A DNA stretch of 21,130 nt from Chiloscyllium plagiosum (lineage: Eukaryota). Within the stretch, counting starts at the first letter, position 1. Each line of letters begins with the position of its first letter. The notes beneath the pieces are model-generated. The model searched no databases and was not told where the DNA came from. It saw nothing but the letters and a program-made list of their open reading frames with translations. The stretch spans positions 68,892,449-68,913,578 of the forward strand of contig NC_057718.1 in the NCBI RefSeq assembly GCF_004010195.1, given 5' to 3'. A program made the translations under genes and the position numbers. Shown in pieces: positions 11,670 to 21,130 of the stretch.

Positions 11670-12200
11670 CAACGCCCTTTTGGGAAACACATTCCAGGTA
11701 ATCATAACTTGCTGCATTTAAAATGAAGTTCCCCAGTTTTTTTGACAATCATCTTATTTGCTGCCTGCTAATAAAAGCCATTTCTCTCTTTATTCATTTT
11801 ATCTTGTCCACTCCCTTATACCTGTGCCATTTTAGCATTTATAACACCTTTCCAGACGAGTGCAGCTCACATTTGACACAATACTGTTGCTGAGGCCTAG
11901 ACAGTGATTTAAAAAGTCTTATTCAAGTACTAAAACTTTCTTTTGCACTGTATGTGTTTGTTTTGGAAAACACAAAGTCCCCTATGCTTTAACTGCCTGA
12001 TCATCTTCAAAAATTGTAGACTTATTTCCCAAGGTCCCACTTTACACCTTTGAAATTGCGCATTAATTTATATTGCTTCTTTTTCATTTCAAAATGCGTC
12101 ACTTCAAATTTCTCTAGATTAAATTCCTCTGATGTATTTTGCCCATTTCTTGATTCTGTATGTTAACCAATTTGGATCCACATAGCTACTGTCCTTGACA
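11670..12200 (-). mobile_element. Very old CR1/L2-like 3' fragment
   Basis: Patchy similarity to reverse-complement LINE RT C-terminal DNA ('gcgtcacttcaaatttctctagattaaattcctctg'). Confidence 0.35.
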
Positions 12201-14373
12201 AATCCATTATATGCTCAGATACTTGCTGAAAGTTCATAGAATAACAATTGCACTGCTTTTGTCAATCCTCTGGTTATTTTATTAATGCGCTCATGTTTTT
12301 GAAAAGGCATATAACATTTGCAACTCTTGATTCTTCCAACACCATGCGTCTTCATTTTATCCACTGGTCAGTCTTCTCTGTTGACTGCTCTAAATGAACT
12401 TTTCAATTCTCCTCTGTACTCTCCATATCCTCCTTAATTCTCGAAGATAATATGATTGCAGTATTAATAACAAACTTGACAATTCTGTTTGCTTTTAATT
12501 CCAGTTTCTTTGGCCAACTAGAAAACTGTAGTCTTACTCCAAATATCTGCCTTTGGCCTATATCCTTTAACATTTGTTTAACAAAAATGATCTAAACCAG
12601 ATTTAAATTTGAGAATTGATCAAGCATCAACTGCAGGTTAGAACATAGAACAATACAGCGCAGGACAAGCCCTTCGGCCCTTGATGTTGCGCCGACCTGT
12701 GGACTATTCTCAGCTCGTCCCCCTACACTATCCCAAAATTATCCATGAGCTTATCTTAAGATTGTTTAAATCTCCCTAATGTGGTTGAGTTGACCACCTT
12801 AACAGGTACGGCATTCCATGCCCTTACCACTCTCTGCGTAAAGAACTTGCCCCTGACATCAGTCTTAAATCTATCACCCCTCAATTTGTAGTTATGCCCT
12901 CTCGTACAAGCTGACGTCATCATCCTGGGAAAAAGTCTTTCTCTGTCTACCCTATCTAATCCTCTGATAATCTTTTATGTCTCTATCAAATCCCCCCCCT
13001 TAGCCGCCTTCTTTCCAATGAGAACAGACCCAAGTCTCTCAGCCTTTCCTCATAAGACTTTCCCTCCAGACCAGGCAACATCCTGATAAATCTCCTCTGC
13101 ACCTTTTCCAATGCTTCCACATCCTTTCTGTAATGGGGCGACCAGAACGGTACACAATATTCCAACTGTGGCCGCACCAGCATTCTGTATTGTTGCAGCA
13201 TGATATTGCGGTTCCGGAACTCAATCCCAAAATCCCTAACACATGTATGCCTTCTTAACAGCACTATCCACCTGCGTGGCAACTTTCAGGGATCTATGCA
13301 CATGGACTCCAAGATCCCTCTGCATATCCACACTACCAAGAATCTTTCCATTGACCAAGTACTCTGCCATCCTGTTATTCTTCCCAAATTGCATCACCTC
13401 ACATTTAGCTGCATAGAACTCCATTTGTCACCTCCCAGCCCAATTCTGCAGTTTATCCACGTCCCCCTGCAACCCGTAACATTCTTCCAAACTGACCACT
13501 ACTCCGACTTTAGTGTTGTCTGCAAATTTACTAATCTATCCACCTATGCCTGTGCCTAAGTCATTTATAAAAATGACAAACAGCAATGGTGCCAAAACAG
13601 ATCCCTGTGGAACACCACTAGTAACTGTACTCCAGACTGAATATTTTCCATCAACCATCACTCGCTGCCTTCTTCCAGAAAGCCAGTTTCTAATCCAAAC
13701 TGCTAAATCACCCTCAATTTCATGCCTCTGCATTTTCTCCATCAGCCTACCATGTGGAACCTTATCATAGGCTTTACTGAAGTCCAACTATACCATGTCA
13801 ACTGCCCTACCCTCATCTACATGCTTGGCGACCTTCTCAAAAAACTCAATGAGGTTTGTGAGACATGACCTGCCCTTGACGGAACCATGTTGACTATCTG
13901 AAATAAAATTGTTGCTTGCTAGATGATTATAAATCTTATCTCTTATAATCCTTTCCAAAACCTTTCCTACAACAGAAGTAAGGCTCACTGGTCTATAATT
14001 ACCTGAGTCATCTCTGCTGCCCTTCTTGAACAAGGGCACAACATTTGCAATCCTCCAGTCCTCAGGTATTAAACCCGTAGAAAATGACAACTCAAATATC
14101 AAAGCCAAAGGCTCTGCTATCTCCTCTCTAGCTTCCCAGACAGTCCTCTGATAAATCCCATCTGGCCCAGGGGACTTTTCTACTTTCACTCCTCCTAGAA
14201 TTGATAACACCTGTACGTAACTAACCTCAATCCTTTCTAGTCTAATATCTCGTATCTCATTCTTCTCCTCCACAATATTCTCCTTTTCCTGAGTGAACAC
14301 CGATGAGAAATGTTCATTTAGCACCTGTCCAATCTCTACAGGGTCCACACTCAATTTCCACTTTCCATCCTAA

Positions 14374-14692
14374 CGGTGGCACAGTGGTTAGCACTGCTGC
14401 CTCATAGCGCCAGAGACCCGGGTTCAATTCCTGCATCAGACGACTCTCTGTGTGGAGTTTGCACATTCTCCCCGTGTCTGGGTGAGTTTCCTCTGGGTGT
14501 TCCGGTTTGCTCCCACAATCCAAAAATGTGCAGGTTAGATGAATTGGCCATGCTAAATTGCCCGTAGTGTTAGGTGAAGGGGTAAATGTAGGAGTATAGG
14601 TCTGGGTGATATACGCTTCGGCGGGTCGGTGTGGACTTGTTGGGCCGAAGGGCCTGTTTCCACACTGTAAGTAATCTAATCTAATCTAATCT
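14374..14692 (+). mobile_element. HE1-type tRNA-derived V-SINE, full length, inserted in CR1 ORF2
   Basis: A box 'tggcacagtgg', B box 'ggttcaattcc', V-domain 'gtggagtttgcacattctccccgtgtctg', LINE-like tail 'gggccgaagggcctgtttccacactgta', (TAATC)n end. Confidence 0.92.
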
Positions 14693-14895
14693 TTGACTGG
14701 CCCTATTCCTACCCTAATCATCCTTTTATTCCTCACATACCTATAGAAAGCTTTAGGGTTCTCTTTTATTCTATTTGCTAAAGACTGCTCGTGTCCTCTC
14801 TTTGCTTTTCTTAACTCTCTCTTTAAATCCTTCCTAGCTGATCTGTAACTCTCCATCGTCTCATCTGTACCATCTTGCCTCATCAACACATAAAC

Positions 14896-14975
14896 CTCCT
14901 TCTTCTTCTTAACAAGGGATGCAATTTCTGTCGTACTCCTTCTTCTTCTTAACAAGGGATGCAATTTCTGTCGTA
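14896..14975. repeat. Perfect 2 x 40-bp tandem duplication
   Basis: 'ctccttcttcttcttaacaagggatgcaatttctgtcgta' at 14896-14935 and 14936-14975. Confidence 0.97.
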
Positions 14976-15217
14976 AACCATCGTTCCCTTACCTTATCAC
15001 TTCCTCCCTGCCTGACAAGGACATACCTATCAAGGACACACAATATCTGTTCCTTACGTCAGCTTCACATTTCCATTGTCCGCATCCCCTGCATTTTGCT
15101 ACCGTATTCTGTGCATCCTAATTCTTGCCTTTGCCCCATCGATAACTCTTGACCTGTGGCATGTACTGATCCCTTTCCATTGCTAAACTAAACGTAACTG
15201 AATTATGGTCACTCTCT

Positions 15218-15731
15218 NNNNNNNNNNNNNNNNNNNNNNNNNNNNNNNNNNNNNNNNNNNNNNNNNNNNNNNNNNNNNNNNNNNNNNNNNNNNNNNNNNN
15301 NNNNNNNNNNNNNNNNNNNNNNNNNNNNNNNNNNNNNNNNNNNNNNNNNNNNNNNNNNNNNNNNNNNNNNNNNNNNNNNNNNNNNNNNNNNNNNNNNNNN
15401 NNNNNNNNNNNNNNNNNNNNNNNNNNNNNNNNNNNNNNNNNNNNNNNNNNNNNNNNNNNNNNNNNNNNNNNNNNNNNNNNNNNNNNNNNNNNNNNNNNNN
15501 NNNNNNNNNNNNNNNNNNNNNNNNNNNNNNNNNNNNNNNNNNNNNNNNNNNNNNNNNNNNNNNNNNNNNNNNNNNNNNNNNNNNNNNNNNNNNNNNNNNN
15601 NNNNNNNNNNNNNNNNNNNNNNNNNNNNNNNNNNNNNNNNNNNNNNNNNNNNNNNNNNNNNNNNNNNNNNNNNNNNNNNNNNNNNNNNNNNNNNNNNNNN
15701 NNNNNNNNNNNNNNNNNNNNNNNNNNNNNNN
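15218..15731. other. Assembly gap (514 N)
   Basis: Run of N; sits where the end of ORF1 and most of the APE domain are expected. Confidence 1.
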
Positions 15732-16631
15732 NCACCAGCAAATTTCCCACCCAGGATATTAGTACCCCTCTGGTTCAAGTGAAGACTCCTATTCGTATAA
15801 GTCCCACCTTCCCCAGAATGAGCCCCAATTATCCAAAAACCTGAAACCCTCCCTCCTGTCCCATCCTTTCAGCCACATGTTTAGCTGATATCTCTCCCTA
15901 TTCCTTGCCTCGCTATCACATGGCATGGGTAATAATCCAGAGAAAACAACTCTGTTTGTTCTAGCTCTCAACTTCCACCCCAGCTCCCTGAAATCCTGCC
16001 TTACATCCCTATCCCTCTTTCTACCTATGTCATTGGTACCTACATGGACAACGACTTGAGGCTGCTCACCCTCTCCCTTCAGGACCCCAAAGTTATGATC
16101 CAAGACGGCACAGACCCTTGCACCTGGGAGGCAACACACCAACTGCGAGTCTCGTTCGTTCCCTACAAACCTTCTATCTGAGCCTCTACCTATTGAGTCC
16201 CCAATGACTAACATTCTCCTCCTTTCCCTCCTTCCCTTCTGTGCAACAGGGATGGCTCTGTGCCAGAGACCTGGGCCCTACTGCATACTCCTGGTAAGTC
16301 GTTCCCCCTCAACAGTATCCAAAACGTTATACATGTTTTTCAGGGGAACGACCAGAGGGGATCCCTCCAATGACTGTTTTTTCCCCCTTCGAACAGTCAC
16401 CCAACTCTCCTCTTGCCCAAGAGTAACTACTTCCCTGTAACTTCTGTCTATCACAACCTCTGCCTCCCGAATGATCCGAAGTTCATCCAGCTCCCGCTCC
16501 AGTTCCCTAGCATGGTCTTGGAGGAACGAGAGTTGGGTGCACTTCCTGCAGATGTACTTGGATGGGACATTATTGGCATCCCTGACCTCAACCATCCTGC
16601 AGGAAGAACATTGCTCTCCCTGTACTGCCAT
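15732..16631 (-). pseudogene. CR1 ORF1 (zinc finger, coiled coil, SGNH esterase), frameshifted
   Basis: MAVQGEQCSSC...CRKC, ARELERELDELRII, then LVIGDSI, VVVHVGTND and NQRGTNILGGKF in different frames. Confidence 0.9.
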
Positions 16632-17751
16632 CCCTGCTAGTCCCCTAGTCACGAAGTATAAAAGAAGAGACACTTGCCTAATATGTCCCTGGTTTTTAAG
16701 GTTAGAGGAGGTGGTTGGGTGGGAGGCCCTGCAAAGGTAGGGTCTCGGGTTGAGAAGACACCGACTTATATAGCAGGACAGAAATAAAAATAAGAAGTCC
16801 CTCCTTTCCCAGAAACCTCTGCTCTCTGACTTCAACTTTAAAAGCACAAATCAATGACTCACTGCTCCCAGCAGTCCCCTGGTGCAAGCTGCCGCCCTTC
16901 GAGTTGCTGCTGCCACTGCCGCTTAAAAACAGGTTGTGAAAGAGAATTCCAAACCTCTGTCATCCTTTGTGTGTAGAAGTGCTTCATCACGTCATTCCTG
17001 ATAATTTCCTACTTTTTGGACTATGCCCCTGTGTTACAGAATCTTCAACCAGTGAAATAATTTATCTTTGTCTATTCTGTCTTTTTCTGTTACTATTTTG
17101 AAGACTTCAATCAGATTATCCTTTAACCTTCTAAATTTCAGAGAAAACAGCCTAATTTATATAATCTGTCCTCATTACTTAACCCCTGAAGTCCAGGCAT
17201 CATCCTTATAAATCTAGGTTGTACACCTTCCAAGGCCAATGCATCCTTCTTAAGGTATGATGCCAGATCTACTCACAGTCCTTGAAGTATCTTCATCTAT
17301 GGTTATTCTTTTCCATTGCAGCAATAAACCTAATATTGTGATTAATGTTTCCATATTCTGCTTGCATTTCTCTTTTGTCTGATTCCTTCAGATTTCTGAG
17401 CAACTGTTTATTCTCGTGCCAATTGTTTCTCTGCCTTTAATATTGTTCCTCTCTGCTTCATCTTGGCTCTCTTTCCCCTTCCAAATTAGTTTAAGTTGCT
17501 TTTGGTATACTGCTCTTAATTCAAGTAGTGCAGTGGGATATTTTATGCTAACCTTAGAGGGCTGATGATACCTTGGTTTGACATCTCAGGTAGAAAATTA
17601 CTACTGTGATAGTGCAGCATTTCCTCAGTATTGCACTGAAGTGTCAGACTAGATTCTGTGCTCAAGTTCTGAGGTTGGAATTGAATCCATAATAGCTGAA
17701 AATGTGTTGCTGGAAAAGCGCAGCAGGTCAGGCAGCATCCAAGGAACAGGA

Positions 17752-17789
17752 GAATCGACGTTTCGGGTATAAGCCCTTCTTCAGGAATG
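17752..17789 (-). ncRNA. Minimal hammerhead ribozyme motif, core intact
   Basis: Reverse complement reads cattc-CTGAAGA-agggcttataccc-GAAA-cGTC-gattc. Confidence 0.75.
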
Positions 17790-17805
17790 CCCGAAACATC
17801 GATAT

Positions 17806-17843
17806 CATTCCTGAAGAAGGGCTTATGCCCGAAACGCTGATTC
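17806..17843 (+). ncRNA. Minimal hammerhead ribozyme motif, cleavage triplet mutated
   Basis: CTGAAGA 17811-17817, gggc-ttat-gccc stem II, GAAA 17831-17834, then cGCT instead of cGTC. Confidence 0.65.
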
Positions 17844-18167
17844 TCCTGTTTCTTGGATGCTGCCTGACCTGCTGTGCTTTTCCAGCAACACATTTTCAGC
17901 TCTGATCTCCAGCATCTGCAGTCCTCACTTTCTCCATTGAATCCATAATATCCAAACTCGGAATGCTTCCATTGTGTGACGGCTGAAATTTATACAAAAT
18001 GTATTTATAATGTACATTTATATCTATGATACACATGACTTTATGTATTTTTAAATGTGAAAAATGAATATTAGATTATAATGCTTACTTTTGTATAGTA
18101 TATGTGCATAATCATTGCACCTGGCCATCTATGAAGTGAATAAAATGCATTGACTGTGATTTTGCAG

Positions 18168-18264
18168 GCATTTGATTTTGCTGAGACAGCAGTATGGGAG
18201 TCAAGTCATTGTTAACCTGCTAAGAATTAAAGGAGGAGAGGAGGTTCTTAGCAGGGCTTTTAAG
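18168..18264 (+). CDS. SYNJ2: Internal coding exon of synaptojanin-2 (SAC phosphatase domain)
   Basis: 'ttttgcag|G ... AAG|gtaggg'; 97 bp, phase 2 to phase 0; from 18169 translates [32 protein letters not shown], close to human SYNJ2 as recalled ([32 protein letters not shown]) and closer than to SYNJ1. Confidence 0.9.
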
Positions 18265-18545
18265 GTAGGGATGTCATCAGTGAAAACTTTGTCTGAAACA
18301 TTTTGTATGCACTGTAGAGATGTGGATTGTTTAGTGAGTTAGTCACTATCTTACTGCAGAATCTCAACGGTCTATAACTTTTGGGAATTGAATTTAAACC
18401 TGAATTTAAATTTGGGTAGGGAAAAATACGGCATGAAATTATTTGCCAAGAAGGGTTGGTGAACTGCCGTTCGGCTTCAAGTCATGGGTTTGACCCGATT
18501 CCGTTGTGTGGGAGTTCCAATTGAAAAAGGCACATTGTTCTTGAC

Positions 18546-18662
18546 ATAAAAGCAAAATAGAACAGACACAAATTCCATGAAAACAGGATATTCAGATAAT
18601 ATGGAACAGATTTGGTAGCAACTGTGGAAAGAGAAAGAGACTAAACATTTCAAGTCAATGAC
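18546..18662 (-). mobile_element. Very degraded Penelope-like terminal arm
   Basis: 'cagatttggtagcaactgtggaaagagaaagagactaaacatttcaagtcaatgac' resembles the arm at 11481-11573. Confidence 0.45.
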
Positions 18663-18864
18663 TAAGCTAGCCTAAAGAGAGAGCGACCCATTTGTGGCTA
18701 AACAAGGAAGTTAAGTATAAAAGAAGTTGATTAAATTTGAAAGAAAAAGCATGGAAGGAAGGAAAACAAAATAGAATTCAGCAAAAGAGGTCTAAAAAAA
18801 GTTGCAACATTGGGTAGAATAATTGTAGATTGGGAAAGAGGAAGTTAGAATTTGATATTTCTAA

Positions 18865-19672
18865 AATTGTAAAAAGTGGGGGGAACATTATGTGGTTCTT
18901 TGAAAAGGTGGTGTTTTTTCAGTGCTTGGATGTCTGTAAACAGTTTTAAAGTTTGCAGCAACAGAGAGCACTTGAACTGAAACATTTGTATTGAAAAACC
19001 ATACAGTTAGCAGGCCAAGCAACAGTTTTCATTAAGGTAACAGGTTTTAAATTTAGCCAATCAACTTAAGTTAGGCCCTTACATACCAAGCACCTATTAA
19101 ATTTAAATCTGATGGTTTTGACAAGATAGGACCAATCCTATATGTCATCAAGAGTATAAAAGAGAGGGGCAATTAGACAAAGACCCCAGAGCTGACTGCC
19201 ATCGCCTGAGCTAACAGCCCTCAATTCTAGAGAGAGAAATTAGCTCTCATAGTCATCTATGCTTTCGAGAAAGCGTCATCTAAAATATAACAGTACCAAT
19301 GACGGTGAAAGAGTTACTGACAGAAGAATCAACAGAAGAAGGCACGTAATGTTCTGAAAGACACACAACCTAGCTGTAATTGTGAGAGAATAAATCCTAT
19401 TTTTTCGTATATGAGTGGGACTGGTATTTATTGGAACAGCATGCCATTAGAATCTTGTCTTATTTGGGAATATTTAGTAGTTAGAAGGGTTTTATTCTGT
19501 CTGTTAATAATTTAGTTAATTCACTGTTAGATTTAGATGAATAAATTGTTGCTTGTTAATTTTAAAGTGAGTGTCAGGGATTTATTTTATTTAACCAGGA
19601 AGTTGCTGAAGAGCAGGTTACACCACCTTTCACACTCTTTTTACCGATTATAGGGCGAGATGTTCCTCTTTG
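18865..19672 (+). mobile_element. LTR-like segment interrupting an old CR1
   Basis: CCAAT at 19057 and 19132, TATAAAA at 19155, AATAAA at 19389 and 19540, in LTR order; CR1-like linker sequence on both sides; no clear TG...CA termini or TSD. Confidence 0.45.
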
Positions 19673-20765
19673 GAGAGAGAAAGTAATCTACGAGGCCAAA
19701 TTAACAAGGAATATAAAAACTGACAGTAAGAGCTTCTTTAAATATATAAGAAGAAATAGAAAAGGTCAAAATGAACATAAGCCCTTTAGAGCTAGAATCT
19801 AGGGAAATAGTTTTGGGGAATGAGAAAATGGATATTTTGTACTCATCTGATATGGTAAAAAATACTTGGAGCATCTCAGTAAATATAAAAACATAGGGGA
19901 GGAATTATTTTCTCAACATCACTTGAGAAATAGTAATGAGACAAACTAATGGGGCTAAAGGTAGGTAAGTGTCCTGACCCTGATGGCTTGCACTCGAGGA
20001 TCTGAAAAGAGGTAGCCACAGAGATAGTGGATACATTGTTGTTACATTCTAGAAATCTTTGGATCTTGGAGAAATACCTGAGGATTGGAAAAGTGTCATG
20101 TGACACCTAAATTCAATAAAGGAGAAAAGTAAGGGAAAAAGTGCATAACTGTAGGCTGATTAGCCTAACATCTATTGTTGGAATTATTATGGAGGAAATG
20201 ATAGCTGCAGATTTGGGAAATCATTAATCAAGCAGAGTCAGCATAGCTTCATAAAAAGGAAATCATATCTGACTAATTTATTATTATTTTTCAAGCAAGT
20301 CTCAACCAAAGTTGACTGAAGGGAACCAATACATATGTTGTATTTGGACTTCCAGAAGGTGTTCAACAAGATATCTCACAAAAGGTTGAGTGATAGGGTG
20401 TTCGAGGCAGTATAGGCATGGATGGAGAATTGGCTGATGGGCAGGAAACATCAGTGGGGATAGAGTTTTTTTAGCTTGGCACTCTGTAAACCATTCCTGA
20501 TGAAGGGCTTATGCCCGAAACGTTGACTCTTCTGCTCTTTGCATACTGCCTGACTGGCTGTGCTTTTCCAGCGCCACACTTTTCGACCCTGACCAGGTGG
20601 GGTTCCACAGAGATCCGTGTTGGGACCGCATTTGTTTACAACATATTATTGACTTGGAGGAAGGAAGCAAATGTACAATAGCCAGATTTGCAGATGATAT
20701 AAAAATTGGTGGATAGGCAAGTTGCGAGAAGAATATAAACCGTTAACGAGGATAGATTGATATTT
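19673..20765 (+). mobile_element. Old CR1 ORF2 fragment (probably continuing from about 18670-18860)
   Basis: Degraded DNA for KCPDPDGLH, YLDFQKVFNK, GVPQRSVLGP and FADDIK motifs. Confidence 0.8.
20492..20592 (+). mobile_element. Solo Penelope-like terminal arm with intact hammerhead core, inserted in CR1
   Basis: cattc-CTGATGA(20497-20503)-agggcttatgccc-GAAA-cGTT-gac; 'acca' on both flanks (20490-20493, 20592-20595); CR1 resumes with 'gtggggttccacag'. Confidence 0.85.
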
Positions 20766-20773
20766 GAGAATTT

Positions 20774-20850
20774 CATAGAATCCCTACAGTGTGGAAACAG
20801 GCCATTCGACTCAACAAGTTCACACTGAATCTACGAAAAGCATTCCATCC
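20774..20850 (-). mobile_element. 3' end of an HE1-type SINE, interrupted by a PLE
   Basis: 'ccctacagtgtggaaacaggccattcgactcaacaagttcacactga' is a diverged reverse complement of the SINE tail at 14625-14669. Confidence 0.8.
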
Positions 20851-20860
20851 GGAATGGTCG

Positions 20861-21130
20861 GACGTTTACACCGCTGAGGCTAAACGCCAGCTCACGGACA
20901 CCTCCTCCTACTGCCCCCTTGACCATGACCTCACCCCCCACCACCAAACCATCATCTCCCAGACCATCCATAACCTCATCACCTCAGGGGATCTCCCATC
21001 CACCGCCTCCAACCTCATAGTCCCACAACCCCGCACCGCCTGTTTCTACCTCCTGCCCAAAATCCACAAACCTGACTGCCCCGGCCGACCCATTGTCTCA
21101 GCCTGCTCCTGCCCCACCGAACTCATCTCT
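20861..21130 (+). mobile_element. 5'-truncated Penelope-like element, RT N-terminal region, running off the window
   Basis: 90 uninterrupted codons: DVYTAEAKRQLTDTSSY...FYLLPKIHKPDCPGRPIVSACSCPTELIS, with the PLE RT motif LPKIHK...RPIVS. Confidence 0.92.

Larger units (their letters stand above)
12860..15217 (-). pseudogene. CR1 ORF2 (APE end plus RT), disrupted by frameshifts, a SINE and a 40-bp duplication
   Basis: ESDHNSV next to the gap; [53 protein letters not shown]. Left boundary approximate. Confidence 0.9.
12640..16929 (-). mobile_element. Near full-length CR1 LINE with TSD, inactivated
   Basis: TSD 'caggtt' at 12634-12639 and 16930-16935; tail 'agaacatagaac' at the left end; ORF1 and ORF2 fragments in the correct order; inserted into an older CR1 tail (about 12520-12633 and 16936-17290). 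Confidence 0.92.
17694..17935 (+). mobile_element. Penelope-like inverted-terminus insertion with 15-bp TSD
   Basis: Short inverted arm 17694-17789, 16-nt spacer, long arm 17806-17935; 'attgaatccataata' at 17680-17694 and 17936-17950. Confidence 0.92.
17522..17985 (-). mobile_element. Degraded SacSINE1-like DeuSINE, interrupted near its B box by a PLE
   Basis: 'agtgcagcatttcctcagtattgcactgaagtgtcagactagattctgtgctcaag' and 'gtgggatattttatgctaaccttagaggggc' resemble the reverse complement of the Deu-domain SINE as I recall it. Confidence 0.7.

Noticed and set aside
14374..14440. tRNA-like A and B boxes
   Set aside because: Head of the HE1 SINE, not a tRNA gene.
15118..15778. Three long ORFs of 185-210 aa
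   Set aside because: Artefacts of translating through the N gap.
16632..16847. N-terminal extension of CR1 ORF1
   Set aside because: Relies on a non-ATG start in the 5' UTR; the ATG at 16631 directly precedes the zinc finger and is the more likely start.
17543..17905. Paired ORFs beginning MCCWKS on opposite strands
   Set aside because: A by-product of the inverted PLE arms; no evidence of protein coding.

Overview
Repeat-dense vertebrate intronic DNA, most likely from a cartilaginous fish (inferred from an HE1-type SINE, a SacSINE1-like DeuSINE and shark-type CR1 LINEs). The only host coding sequence I can support is a 97-bp internal exon at 18168-18264 (+) that matches the SAC phosphatase domain of synaptojanin-2. 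The rest is mostly nested retroelements: many CR1 copies (one near full-length with target-site duplication at 12640-16929, an older one at about 6775-11000), SINEs, an LTR-like segment and at least six Penelope-like (PLE) pieces, several carrying minimal hammerhead ribozyme motifs. The most unusual structure is a TSD-flanked PLE inverted-repeat insertion (1817-2269). Its centre is not PLE sequence but an inverted 235-bp copy of this same locus (3940-4174), including a locus-specific nested-CR1 junction. There is a 514-N assembly gap at 15218-15731. All family assignments come from motif recognition, not database searches.
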